Shown: positions 49,175 through 58,676 of the stretch, one piece after another | How positions within the stretch are numbered: the stretch's first letter is position 1 | Layout: each line of letters starts with the position of its first letter | Source of the DNA: an uncultured Gammaproteobacteria bacterium | GTDB lineage: Bacteria > Patescibacteriota > Patescibacteriia > SBBC01 > CAIJZX01 | Length of the DNA: 64,000 nucleotides | Reading direction: 5' to 3' | Assembly: GCA_964397195.1 (NCBI GenBank) | Contig: CAYNGY010000003.1 | Span: forward strand, 5,836 to 69,835 | The notes under the pieces: model-generated | Told to the model about the DNA's origin: nothing | Seen by the model: the letters and a program-made list of their open reading frames with translations, nothing else | Database searches by the model: none | Program-made: the position numbers and the translations under genes

Positions 49175-50436
49175 AATACCTTGTCCGGTTGGTATTAACA
49201 TGGTTGGCTCGCGCGATCATCAAGCGATATCGTCCGATGGTGGTTGGTATTGCTGGGTCGGTTGGGAAAACTGGAACGAAAGATGTGGTCGCGGCGGCGG
49301 TTACTAGTCCAAAACGATCTGTTCGGGCGACGACCGGAAATTTTAACGCGGAAATCGGTGTCCCGGTGACGATCATCGCTGGTGGTGCTCGGCCGACCTC
49401 GATCTTCGGGTGGCTACGAATTATCGGCCGTGGCTTTCGATCGCTCCTGATTCGCGAATCGTACCCCGGGGCGGTGGTGTTAGAGATGGCGACGGATAAG
49501 CCCGGCGACTTGGCGAGTCTCTTGCATATTGCTCCGCCAACAGTTGGCGTTTTAACTTCAACGGCGCCGGAACATCTGGAATTTTTTGGAGATGAGGCGA
49601 CGGTTGTCGCCGAAGAGTCTTTGATTGTGCGGCAACTCCCACCAAACGGTACGGCCATTATTAATATCGATGATGAACGGAACGCGGCCTTGGTGGATCA
49701 AATTCGGGCGACGGTTATAACCTATGGCTGGCAGGAGCGAGCGATGATTCGCGCTGACGGCAGCACCTTTACCACTGATGCTCAAGGCCGGGTCTCGGGC
49801 ATGGTGGCAAAAATTGCGGTTGATGGCAGTGTTATTCCGGTGGCGTTACCCGGGGTCTTGGGGAAACACCAGGTGTTGCCGATTTTGGCGGGTGTCGCTG
49901 TGGCTACGGCCTTGGGTGATAGTGTTGCGGCGGTGGTGCCACGGCTCTCGACGTATCGTCCGCCAGCCGGGCGAATGCGACTATTTCCCGGAGTGAACGG
50001 CTCGCTCATCATTGATGATAGTTACAATGCCTCACCGGAGGCGGTCCAGGCGGCGATTGAGACTCTGTTAACATTGCCGGCGACCGGGAAGAAATACGCG
50101 ATTCTCGGTCAGATGTCGGAACTTGGCTCGTCGTCCGATCACTGGCATGCCGAGATTGGGCGTCTTTTCGGGCCGAAAACGGTGGCGCGGCTGGTGACGG
50201 TTGGCCCAGTGGCGGCGGGCTATGGCCCGGCGGCTGAAGCGGTCGGCTTTCCGCCAGTGCGAATTACGAACGTGGCTGATGCGGAGATGGCCGCGGGGGT
50301 GGTTCGACCGGACCTTGGCCCGGGGGATGTTGTGTTAATCAAGGGCTCGCGGTACGCGGCGCGACTCGAACGGGCGGTAAGGCTTCTTCTCGAAAACCCA
50401 GAACGCGATAGCGCGTCACTCGTCGGCGCGGAGTAG
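49171..50436 (+). CDS. murF: UDP-MurNAc-tripeptide D-Ala-D-Ala ligase
   Basis: GSVGKT, NFNAEIGVP, DDSYNASP, LGQMSELG, LIKGSR. Confidence 0.9.
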   Translation: MKYLVRLVLTWLARAIIKRYRPMVVGIAGSVGKTGTKDVVAAAVTSPKRSVRATTGNFNAEIGVPVTIIAGGARPTSIFGWLRIIGRGFRSLLIRESYPGAVVLEMATDKPGDLASLLHIAPPTVGVLTSTAPEHLEFFGDEATVVAEESLIVRQLPPNGTAIINIDDERNAALVDQIRATVITYGWQERAMIRADGSTFTTDAQGRVSGMVAKIAVDGSVIPVALPGVLGKHQVLPILAGVAVATALGDSVAAVVPRLSTYRPPAGRMRLFPGVNGSLIIDDSYNASPEAVQAAIETLLTLPATGKKYAILGQMSELGSSSDHWHAEIGRLFGPKTVARLVTVGPVAAGYGPAAEAVGFPPVRITNVADAEMAAGVVRPDLGPGDVVLIKGSRYAARLERAVRLLLENPERDSASLVGAE

Positions 50437-50449
50437 GCTCGACGAACGG

Positions 50450-50503
50450 CTAAGATTGGCGGAGAAACGTCTTCAGCGTTTTTTCAGTTTCGGAATATAT
50501 ACT
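50450..50503 (+). promoter_or_regulatory. TTCAG-N6-TTCAG promoter (with upstream CTAAG half-site)
   Basis: CTAAGATT at 50450; TTCAG CGTTTT TTCAG at 50472-50487; 10 nt; TATACT. Confidence 0.7.
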
Positions 50504-50557
50504 TACCACGCTTTCGATCGAAGCACGCACCTTCCTTATCAATAACATCTTCGAACT

Positions 50558-51007
50558 ATGAAACAACCCATAAAAAACTCGCTCCTTGGTTTAGCCGGAG
50601 TCGGGATTCTCAGTCTCGGTCTATGGTCGGCGGCCAACGTCCACGCGGCGACGGCGACGACCAATACGTCCACGAGCACCACCGCCACCAACGTCTCGGA
50701 ACGCGGTCCCGGTAGCGGGAGACACCTGACGGACATGGCCGAGATCCTCGGAATGTCCACGACCGAGTTACAAACCGCGCTTGATAGTGGTCAGGAGTTC
50801 TACCAAATCGCCGCCGCAAAAGGGGTGACCTATGCGTCGCTCAGCGCCAAACAGTTGGCCGCGTATACGGCGAAACTCGCGGACATGGTCAAGGTTGGGT
50901 ATTTGACACAGGCAGAGTCTGATACCTTCTTGGCCCAGTACAAGAGTCAAGCCGCGCTCTCACCTGAGGGCATGCCAGGCATGGGATTTGGCCATCACGG
51001 TCGATAA
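50558..51007 (+). CDS. Secreted helical protein of unknown function
   Basis: Signal peptide (VHA), AEILGMS..EL...L.SG, V..G.LTQ..AD-like motifs, Gly/Met/His tail. Confidence 0.8.
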   Translation: MKQPIKNSLLGLAGVGILSLGLWSAANVHAATATTNTSTSTTATNVSERGPGSGRHLTDMAEILGMSTTELQTALDSGQEFYQIAAAKGVTYASLSAKQLAAYTAKLADMVKVGYLTQAESDTFLAQYKSQAALSPEGMPGMGFGHHGR

Positions 51008-51025
51008 GAAGAATGAGCGGAAACA

Positions 51026-51049
51026 CGGGCCCGTATGCGTACGGGCCCG
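51026..51049 (+). terminator. Hairpin terminator
   Basis: CGGGCCCGTA-TGCG-TACGGGCCCG. Confidence 0.7.
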
Positions 51050-51103
51050 GCTCTATTTATCCACAGTCGGACCATGGGTTACATGTCGATCCCTCACTTT
51101 ACC

Positions 51104-51157
51104 CTAAGATTAGCGAGAATCGGCGTTCAGGGAAAATTCAGTTATGATGTATATGCT
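51104..51157 (+). promoter_or_regulatory. TTCAG-N6-TTCAG promoter (with upstream CTAAG half-site)
   Basis: CTAAGATT at 51104; TTCAG GGAAAA TTCAG at 51126-51141; 10 nt; TATGCT. Confidence 0.7.
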
Positions 51158-51224
51158 GGTATCGCAGGAGTATGGACTGCACTTCACTCGGTAACCTCAA
51201 CCAACTGAGGAAAAAGACATTCAC

Positions 51225-52280
51225 GTGGCATATACACCCGCTCGCGTCACCGACATTACCTGGCTGACGCCAACCATTCTCGAGGTCACCTTACGACGCG
51301 ACCACGATGCGCCGTTTCCGCTATGGCAAGCCGGACAGTATGTGCTGATCTCGTTTCCCGGCCAGCCGCGATTGCGGGGGAATCGTCCGTTTTCCATTTC
51401 CAGTCCACCCGCTGACCCGACGATGTTGCGGATTGGCATTCGGGTGATGGGTAAGTTTACCAAAACGCTTCCGGCGCTGCGCGTCGGTGATTCGGCCCGG
51501 GTGACGGGGCCGTTTGGTGCTTTTGTCTTGCATCCCACGGAAACGCGGGTGGTGTTGCTCGGCGGCGGAATTGGTGTCACGCCACTCGTGAGCATATTCA
51601 TGCAGGCCGCAGTTACATCGTGGGGTGGGGAAATGAATTACATCGCGAGTCACCGTTCAGTGGAAGAAGTGGCTTACGCCGATCGCCTTCTCGAGGCAGC
51701 GCAGGGCCGGCGGACATTCCGTGTTGTTACGGCGGTTGAAGGAGTTGCGTCAGACGCCGAACGGGGGATCGTTTCGGGCCGGATTACCGCTGATCTGGTT
51801 CATCAGTACCTGACTGCCGATGCGCGAGAGTATGTCTGGTATATCTGTGGTCCAACTCCGTTTATGGCGGCGATGCGGACGATGATTCGTGGCTTAGGCG
51901 TTCCCGAGGATCGGATCCATAGTGAACTCTTTGCCGTCGCCCCGCCGACCATTTTTGAACGGACATGGACGCCGAAGGTCGTTTTTGCTGGTTGGGCGGT
52001 GGTGGCCGCATCAATTTTTGGGGTGGTCTATGGCTTGGAACGAGCAAATCGTGTTACCGTATCACCATCGACCTACACTCAGCAGGCCGTAGAATCAATC
52101 GCGGCCACGGCCGACGCCTATCGCGCTGAGCACGCGCTGAAGGCGCCAGCCAACACATCAGTTGACCCGACGGTCCCTCCCAATAGCGCGGCGAAAAATA
52201 CGGTGACGACCCCGTCGACGCCACGGGTAACGCCGACAGTCCCAACCCGCACCTTTCGACCTCGTACTGGGCAATCATAA
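51225..52280 (+). CDS. FNR-family FAD/NAD(P)H oxidoreductase with C-terminal TM and Thr/Pro-rich tail
   Basis: AGQY, RPFSISS, GPFG, GGGIGVTP, YICGP, HSELF, then a TM and a tail ending RTGQS. Confidence 0.88.
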   Translation: MAYTPARVTDITWLTPTILEVTLRRDHDAPFPLWQAGQYVLISFPGQPRLRGNRPFSISSPPADPTMLRIGIRVMGKFTKTLPALRVGDSARVTGPFGAFVLHPTETRVVLLGGGIGVTPLVSIFMQAAVTSWGGEMNYIASHRSVEEVAYADRLLEAAQGRRTFRVVTAVEGVASDAERGIVSGRITADLVHQYLTADAREYVWYICGPTPFMAAMRTMIRGLGVPEDRIHSELFAVAPPTIFERTWTPKVVFAGWAVVAASIFGVVYGLERANRVTVSPSTYTQQAVESIAATADAYRAEHALKAPANTSVDPTVPPNSAAKNTVTTPSTPRVTPTVPTRTFRPRTGQS

Positions 52281-52286
52281 TCGACC

Positions 52287-52565
52287 ATGTCACGAACGCG
52301 ACGTATTACACTTTGTCTTGCACTCATCCTCGGCCTTGGGCTGAGCCTGCGTGCACTCCCGATTTTTGCGGAAACGGAGCGCGAAGAGTCGTTTGAGTTT
52401 GATGATCGCGTTGGTGAGGAAAACGTGATTCCCGAGCAAACGACACCACCGTTACCGACCGAAACACTGGCGGCGCCAACCGCAGTCGCGGCGTCATCAA
52501 CCAGCGTCGTCGACAATAATCGTAACGGTATCGTTGATTCATTTGAACTACGAATCATCCGATGA
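52287..52565 (+). CDS. Small secreted protein
   Basis: Signal peptide, acidic stretch, DNNRNGIVD Ca-binding-like motif; coupled to apbE. Confidence 0.65.
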   Translation: MSRTRRITLCLALILGLGLSLRALPIFAETEREESFEFDDRVGEENVIPEQTTPPLPTETLAAPTAVAASSTSVVDNNRNGIVDSFELRIIR

Positions 52566-53503
52566 TTCACGACTCGTTCACAGGCTTAGGGACATCAATT
52601 GAAGGCACGATTGACGCCTCAGAAGTTCGCGGTCGGGCGCTCTGGGCGACGATCCGACGCGAGGTGGCTATTTTTGAACATCGCTTTAGCCGTTTCGACC
52701 GCCGCTCGGAAGTATATCGGTTAAATGTCCAACACGGGAAACCGATGGTCGTCAGTCCGGAGTTCATTGCGTTGTTACAAGCGTCACACGCCATCTTCAC
52801 CTTAACTGATGGGATCGTTGACCCAACCGTGGGGCAGGCACTCGTGGCGGTTGGGTACGATGCATCATTCGACACACTGCAGGACCGTCCCGAGGGCGAT
52901 GAATCGCACGCGATGCCAACGCCGACAAACTTTTCGAAGGTGACGATTGATTCCGAAACGCGCACGGTCCAGTTGCCGGCCGGGACCTCCTTGGATTTTG
53001 GTGGGGTGGGAAAAGGGTATTTACTTGACCAGTTGCGTCCGGTGATCGAAAAAATCACGAAAAACTTTTGCCTTTCATTCGGCGGAGATTTGCTGGTCTC
53101 GGGTGTTAATGAAAAGAATCAACCGTGGACGATCGATGTTCAAAATCCGGCCGTACTCCACGAGCAGATTGGGGTGTTGCGCATGCCGGCCGGACGCTGG
53201 GGGTTGGCCACGTCGGGGATCACCAAACGACGCGGTGTGCGACGTGGGCGTACCTGGCATCACATTATTGATCCGCGAACCCGGCAGCCATCAGATACCG
53301 ACGTTTTGTCGGCCACCGTTCTCGCTCCGACGGCGCTTGAAGCCGATATCGCTGCGAAGTCAATTATTATTCGCGGTTCCGAAGATGGTTGTGCGTGGTT
53401 ACACTCACTCCCGCATTCGGAAGCTCTGGTTGTGGGGATTGATAGTACGATTAAGATCACGTCACCAGTAATTGAGTATATCCCGAAAGGCACGAAAAAG
53501 TGA
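52562..53503 (+). CDS. apbE: FAD:protein FMN transferase
   Basis: FSRF...SE...LN, DPTVG, LDFGGVGKGY, GGD, ATSG, HHIIDPRT, SATV. Confidence 0.93.
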   Translation: MIHDSFTGLGTSIEGTIDASEVRGRALWATIRREVAIFEHRFSRFDRRSEVYRLNVQHGKPMVVSPEFIALLQASHAIFTLTDGIVDPTVGQALVAVGYDASFDTLQDRPEGDESHAMPTPTNFSKVTIDSETRTVQLPAGTSLDFGGVGKGYLLDQLRPVIEKITKNFCLSFGGDLLVSGVNEKNQPWTIDVQNPAVLHEQIGVLRMPAGRWGLATSGITKRRGVRRGRTWHHIIDPRTRQPSDTDVLSATVLAPTALEADIAAKSIIIRGSEDGCAWLHSLPHSEALVVGIDSTIKITSPVIEYIPKGTKK

Positions 53504-54342
53504 GGCGAAAAATGTTTCTGTCGGTACTTCTCGGCGTCACCTTGCTCTTGGTCGCACATCGGGTGAATGCAGTGACGTATCCGGCGCGAGTTGATGATTT
53601 ATATCAAACGTCTGATCCACTGGACTCGGATCATGATGGGCTGACCGATCAGGGCGAGACGCGAATTTTTTTAACATCGCCGACGGTTGCCGATACCGAT
53701 GCGGATGGCTACAGCGATGGCGCGGAAGTGATGATCGGGAGTGATCCGAACGCGGCGGACGATCCGGCGAGTAGCCTGACCGCGGCGAGCGATCCGTCGA
53801 GTCCGTTTCCTTGGCCTTGGATCTTAATCCGAGTGAGCGGCATTTCAAGTTTTCTGCTGGTTTTTTGCTTAGCGATCAGTGGGATGATGATGACAGCCGG
53901 ATGGTGGTACCGCGTCATTCCGCCGAATATCGCCTGGTCACTCCATCGGACGATTGGGTTGACGCTCATTCTGTCCATCCTTCTCCATATTACGGGGTTA
54001 TTGTTTGATACCTTTTTCCATTTTGGCATTATTGATGTGCTCGTGCCGTTTGTGGCGCCGTATCGGGCCGTGTGGGTTGGTCTCGGTGTGCTCGCGTTCT
54101 ACGCGATTCTCTTAGTTGTCTATACATCGGTTTACCAAATTCAGCGTCACGCCGGGTTTTGGCGATTTACGCACTTCCTGTCATTTCCGATGTTCATCCT
54201 GCTGTTTTTGCATGGTATCTACGCCGGGACCGATACGTCCCGACCGTGGTTGCAGGGTATGTATTGGGGAACGGGCGGGATGATGGCCGTCGCGGTGTTT
54301 GCGCGCTTGGCTTGGAAATATTTACCGCGACAACCATCATGA
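53500..54342 (+). CDS. Ferric-reductase-like (MsrQ-like) heme-b membrane protein with N-terminal TSP3-like Ca-binding repeats
   Basis: DSDHDGLTD and DTDADGYSDG repeats. TM His pairs LHR..LLH and THF..LHG; GTD. Confidence 0.85.
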   Translation: MRRKMFLSVLLGVTLLLVAHRVNAVTYPARVDDLYQTSDPLDSDHDGLTDQGETRIFLTSPTVADTDADGYSDGAEVMIGSDPNAADDPASSLTAASDPSSPFPWPWILIRVSGISSFLLVFCLAISGMMMTAGWWYRVIPPNIAWSLHRTIGLTLILSILLHITGLLFDTFFHFGIIDVLVPFVAPYRAVWVGLGVLAFYAILLVVYTSVYQIQRHAGFWRFTHFLSFPMFILLFLHGIYAGTDTSRPWLQGMYWGTGGMMAVAVFARLAWKYLPRQPS

Positions 54343-54509
54343 CTATGACCCGTCCGTTGCTCATGGGAATCGTGGCAATTGCGGTGACACTCGGCATGAT
54401 TGTCGCGATTCGACTGATCACGCCGGAGGATCGGTGGATGTGTAACAATGGACGCTGGGTTGCACACGGCCATCCAACCACCGCCGTACCGACCCGACCA
54501 TGTCGGTAA
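54339..54509 (+). CDS. Small membrane-anchored protein with EDxWxCxNGxWVxHGxP motif
   Basis: ATGA coupling, TM, EDRWMCNNGRWVAHGHP...PC. Confidence 0.65.
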   Translation: MTMTRPLLMGIVAIAVTLGMIVAIRLITPEDRWMCNNGRWVAHGHPTTAVPTRPCR

Positions 54510-55096
54510 CGCCGCCACTGATTCGCTGTGCGTGGGTGCCACTGCATATTCCCGAGTACGTGCGGTATCATGATCACGAGTGGGGAGTCCCGATTCACAC
54601 AGACCGTCGGATGTTTGAGTTTATCGTGCTCGAAAGTGCCCAAGCCGGGTTGTCGTGGTTAACGATTCTCCGAAAACGAGCCGGGTATAAACAGTCATTC
54701 GCTGATTTTGACCCGGAGCGCGTGGCGCGCTTTACCGGGCGTGATGTGACTCGGCTGATGCGGCACCCGCGGATCGTACGGAATAAGATGAAGATTGAGG
54801 GCACGATTACAAATGCTCGAGCATTCCTTCGCGTCCGTCAGGAATGGGGGACGTTTTCGAAGTATCTCTGGTCATTTGTCGACGGTGTGCCAATCCAGCC
54901 GCATCGACGGGCTGGACAGCCGCTCCCGGCGGTGACGCCGCTGGCGGTACAGATTGCCGCGGATCTGCGGCGGCGCGGGTTTCGGTGGCTTGGACCGACG
55001 GTGGTGTATGCGCATCTGCAAGCGACGGGCATTGTGAATGATCATATCAGGACCTGTTGGCGGTACGGCGCTCTCGGCGGCGAGAAGAAAAAATGA
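54500..55096 (+). CDS. tag: DNA-3-methyladenine glycosylase I
   Basis: RCAW, YHDHEWG, LESAQAGLSW, IVRNK.KI, VNDH...C. Confidence 0.95.
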   Translation: MSVTPPLIRCAWVPLHIPEYVRYHDHEWGVPIHTDRRMFEFIVLESAQAGLSWLTILRKRAGYKQSFADFDPERVARFTGRDVTRLMRHPRIVRNKMKIEGTITNARAFLRVRQEWGTFSKYLWSFVDGVPIQPHRRAGQPLPAVTPLAVQIAADLRRRGFRWLGPTVVYAHLQATGIVNDHIRTCWRYGALGGEKKK

Positions 55097-55108
55097 TATA
55101 CTCGGGGT

Positions 55109-55498
55109 ATGAGTATCCCGACTTTACATCGTCCCGCCACCCGCGCCTTTTTCTTTTGGGCCGGTATTCTTTCGACCGTTCTGTACCGGGCGATCATTTT
55201 CTTTACCGGCGCGAGTCAAGTCACGTTGCGTGTTATTTGGTATGTCGGGACAGTTGGATTTGTTATCTATTTCGTCCATCGCTATGACATTGCCAAGCGG
55301 CGGACGCGCGTGATTCATGAACTCGGGTTGGCCGAAAAAGTCCCGCAACTAAAGGAGCTGTCTGACACCGATCGGGCAGGTTTACAGTACTTATTTGCGA
55401 CCTTGCAGTCGTCTCGCGAAAAGTGGAATTACTATGTTATTTTCGCCAGCTCAGTGATTGCCCTGTTGGCAGCGCTGTGGGTCGATTTTGTTCGGTGA
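55109..55498 (+). CDS. Hypothetical membrane protein
   Basis: Three TM segments. TATACT lies 6 nt before the ATG. Confidence 0.7.
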   Translation: MSIPTLHRPATRAFFFWAGILSTVLYRAIIFFTGASQVTLRVIWYVGTVGFVIYFVHRYDIAKRRTRVIHELGLAEKVPQLKELSDTDRAGLQYLFATLQSSREKWNYYVIFASSVIALLAALWVDFVR

Positions 55499-55599
55499 CC
55501 GTCCGCCGCTCGTTGTGGGTGTTGGCTGGATACGGGCTTTGCGGTTTTTCAGGCTGAAGCGTATACTGAGGGCGTTTATTGGTCGGTATTGTACAGCCC

Positions 55600-56061
55600 A
55601 TGGAGACACCATCTTCACCCGAACCTCGTCGATTGCTGCGCTCCCGAACCCAGCGAATGGTGGCCGGGGTTTGTGGAGGATTGGGCGAGTATTTCCATAT
55701 TGATCCGACGATCATTCGGGTCATTTTTGCGGCCCTGATGTTTAGCGGCGGGGCCGGTGTTGGGATCTATGTCTTGCTGTGGCTCTTTGTGCCTGAGGCC
55801 GGTATGGAGACAGCAGATATCTCCCAGCGCGTCACCGTGGCTGGTCAGGAGATAAAAACCAGTGCGGAATCGTTTGCCAAACGTGTGACGAGTGAGCAAG
55901 GCCGGGCGACAGGTCGTGTGGTGCTCGGAGTGATTCTCGTCGTGGCCGGGGCGATGGCGATGATGGACCGAGTGACACCGTGGCATGTCCTTCGCGGCGA
56001 TGTTTTTTGGCCGGTCGTGGTCATTGCGTTTGGCGCTTGGGTCATGTTTAAAAAATCATAA
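55600..56061 (+). CDS. PspC domain membrane protein
   Basis: RLLRSR..RMVAGVCGGLGEYFHIDPTIIRV..Y.LLW..VP. Confidence 0.92.
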   Translation: METPSSPEPRRLLRSRTQRMVAGVCGGLGEYFHIDPTIIRVIFAALMFSGGAGVGIYVLLWLFVPEAGMETADISQRVTVAGQEIKTSAESFAKRVTSEQGRATGRVVLGVILVVAGAMAMMDRVTPWHVLRGDVFWPVVVIAFGAWVMFKKS

Positions 56062-56069
56062 TCACTGGT

Positions 56070-57023
56070 ATGGATACACCATCAACACCTCCACCGCCAA
56101 CGGTCTCGACACCACCGCCAACCAAGCATCGTTCCTATAGTCTCTGGCGGCTGGTGATCGGGTTACCCGTGATATTTATAGGCCTGCAATTCTTGGCAAT
56201 GAATTTTGGCTGGAATTGGACATGGACGGAAAATATCTGGCAGCTGTGGCCACTCCTGATTGTGCTCTTCGGCATCTTATTAATCACCCGCGGTCACGGA
56301 GTGCCGCGCTGGGTTGGGTACGTATTAGCCCTCTTGGTCATCACGGCGGGGGTGCTGTGGGCGGTGACTCGGCCGGCGGTCAATCATGAAGCACAAACAA
56401 CGACGATTCGCGTGCCGTATGGCGAGACGATTACCACGGCGCGGTATTTTGTGACGTCCGGCGCCTCAACGGTGACGATTCGCGGTGGTGCGGATGACCT
56501 CGTCAACGGCTCGTTCATGTCGAACAGCGGCCGAACCGTCAACGTGACGTCAACCGAAAATGCCGGGGAGACGACGGTTCGTCTGACACCAGACAGCGCT
56601 CACGAGTGGTGGTTTTTTCCGTCGATGCGAAATACCATCGATCTTCGTTTGCGAGACGGTCTCACCTCAACCGTAACCGTTGATGCCGGGGCATCCAAGA
56701 TTGACGCCGATCTGCGAACCGTTCCGGTCACGGACGTGGAATTCAAAGCCGGGGCATCAACCATGGCGGTGACCCTCGGTGACGCGGTTGCCCAAGCGCA
56801 TTTGACGATCGACGCCGGTGCTTCGACGATGACCATCCGGGTACCGCTGACGGTTGGAATCGAACTGCGGTTGGACGCGGGTGCGACGACGAAACACTTC
56901 TCGAGTGACCTGAAGAAGATAGATGACGATCGTTATGAAACTGACGGCTACGCGACCGCCGCCAAGAAGGTGTCGATTGATATCGATGCTGGCGCCTCAA
57001 CCATTACAATCATTCACGAATAA
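56070..57023 (+). CDS. LiaF/LiaG-like envelope stress protein (TM domain plus beta-solenoid repeats)
   Basis: IWQLWPLLIV TM motif and repeated (D/K)AGAS. Confidence 0.75.
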   Translation: MDTPSTPPPPTVSTPPPTKHRSYSLWRLVIGLPVIFIGLQFLAMNFGWNWTWTENIWQLWPLLIVLFGILLITRGHGVPRWVGYVLALLVITAGVLWAVTRPAVNHEAQTTTIRVPYGETITTARYFVTSGASTVTIRGGADDLVNGSFMSNSGRTVNVTSTENAGETTVRLTPDSAHEWWFFPSMRNTIDLRLRDGLTSTVTVDAGASKIDADLRTVPVTDVEFKAGASTMAVTLGDAVAQAHLTIDAGASTMTIRVPLTVGIELRLDAGATTKHFSSDLKKIDDDRYETDGYATAAKKVSIDIDAGASTITIIHE

Positions 57024-57031
57024 CACGCCGT

Positions 57032-57433
57032 ATGTTTAAGGAATTCAAAGCGTTCATTATGCGCGGCAACGTCATGGACCTCGCCGTCGGGGTGATCATC
57101 GGCGGTGCATTCGGTAAAATTGTCAGCTCGTTGGTGGCCGATATTATTATGCCATTCATCAGCCTCCTGACTGGTGGAATTGATCTCTCCGGTTTGCGCG
57201 TCAAGATCGCCGGGTCGGTAACAGAACCCGTCTACCTGACCTATGGGAATTTCATTCAGGCGGCGATCGATTTCGTCATCATCGCGGCCGTTATTTTCTT
57301 GATGATCCGGATGATGAATCGCCTCGTCAAACAGCCGAGCGTTGCGCCCACAACGAAATCCTGTCCGCGATGTACGATGAGTATCGCGCTGGCCGCGACG
57401 CGCTGCCCGCATTGCACCAGTGAACTTTCCTAG
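57032..57433 (+). CDS. mscL: Large-conductance mechanosensitive channel
   Basis: FKEFKAFIMRGNVMDLAVGVIIGGAF, YGNFI, C-terminal CxxC-CxxC. Confidence 0.97.
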   Translation: MFKEFKAFIMRGNVMDLAVGVIIGGAFGKIVSSLVADIIMPFISLLTGGIDLSGLRVKIAGSVTEPVYLTYGNFIQAAIDFVIIAAVIFLMIRMMNRLVKQPSVAPTTKSCPRCTMSIALAATRCPHCTSELS

Positions 57434-57436
57434 ACC

Positions 57437-57820
57437 ATGAGCCCGCTCAAGGCCCTGAACTCGGTTCTCCTCTATTGCCAAGATATTCGGCGTTCCGCCG
57501 AGTTCTATGAACGGCTCGGATTTTCGATTGGACCCGAACACGACGGCGTGGTCTTGGCGACGGTTGGGGCATTTACCATCCATCTCCTCGACCAATCGAA
57601 AGCCGTCTTTCAGCAAGACGCACCGCGTGATAAAGGAGCCGGTGTATTTCTCCGGATTGAAGTTTCCGACATCGATCAACTGCATACTGAGTTTCTTGGG
57701 AAAGACCTTCGCCCGGCAGGTGTGCCGCATGATTGGCCGTGGGGGAGTCGCGAGTTTGCGATGAAAGATCCGGATGGCTATCGGCTCGTATTCTGGCAGC
57801 TCGTCAAGAAATCTGGATAG
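57437..57820 (+). CDS. VOC/glyoxalase family protein
   Basis: S.EFYE.LGF, VSDID, PWG.REF..KDPDG. Confidence 0.9.
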   Translation: MSPLKALNSVLLYCQDIRRSAEFYERLGFSIGPEHDGVVLATVGAFTIHLLDQSKAVFQQDAPRDKGAGVFLRIEVSDIDQLHTEFLGKDLRPAGVPHDWPWGSREFAMKDPDGYRLVFWQLVKKSG

Positions 57821-57871
57821 CCACACGTCTGATGAACAGGTTGCGGCCAGTGTGGTATACTGGTGACTGAT

Positions 57872-58657
57872 ATGGAAAAACGGAACGGGATTGGCTTGGT
57901 CTTGAGTGGAGGTGGGACGCGCGGTATTGCCCATGTTGGGGCGTGGCGCGTTTTGTCGTCGCTGAATTTTCGGCCAGCGGTGATTGCTGGCTGTAGCATG
58001 GGGGCGCTCGTGGGGGCGATGATTGCGAGTGGCCATACGGTCGACGAGATTGAGGAGTTTGTCTTGGCTCAGCGGGCGACGGCGTTATTTCAATGGCCGA
58101 TTACAAAACTCGGTATCTCGAATTTAACGAAGTTCGAGAAGCGTTTGATGGCGTTTATCGGGACACGACGATTTGAGGGATTGCAGATACCGTTGATTAT
58201 GAATGCGACGAATCTGACGACCGGCGAACGGGTCGTGTATGACCGCGGCTTACTTTGGCCGGCGCTGCGCGCGACGATTGCCGTGCCGGGGTTGTTAGCG
58301 CCGGTGCGGTTGCATGGCGAAATACTCGTCGATGGCGGGATTCTCCATGAACACCCGTTTTTATTACTGCCGAAGGAGGTCCAACGGTTCATTATGGTTA
58401 ACTGCTCACCGCGGGAGAGTCTGACCAAGCAGCAGGTTTCGGTGATTGATCTCCTGCGGGCGAGCATGAACGTCATGCAGAACACGATCACCGAAATGCA
58501 TCTCGCCAGTATCCCGTCTTACCGCTACCGGCTGATCGAACCAAATGTACACGGTCGGAATTTATTTGAGAGCGAGAAACAATTTCGGGCCTTACTGACC
58601 CTGGGGTCCGAGGCAGCGGAGGCCGAGCGGTCCTCGCTAACGTCTTTTATTCAGTAA
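57872..58657 (+). CDS. Patatin-like phospholipase
   Basis: LSGGGTRGIAH.G, GCSMG (GxSxG), VDGG. Confidence 0.92.
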   Translation: MEKRNGIGLVLSGGGTRGIAHVGAWRVLSSLNFRPAVIAGCSMGALVGAMIASGHTVDEIEEFVLAQRATALFQWPITKLGISNLTKFEKRLMAFIGTRRFEGLQIPLIMNATNLTTGERVVYDRGLLWPALRATIAVPGLLAPVRLHGEILVDGGILHEHPFLLLPKEVQRFIMVNCSPRESLTKQQVSVIDLLRASMNVMQNTITEMHLASIPSYRYRLIEPNVHGRNLFESEKQFRALLTLGSEAAEAERSSLTSFIQ

Positions 58658-58676
58658 AACAACTAACAGAAACGAT

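Noticed and set aside
57014-58036. 340-aa minus-strand ORF
   Set aside because: Antisense shadow of mscL, the VOC gene and patatin.
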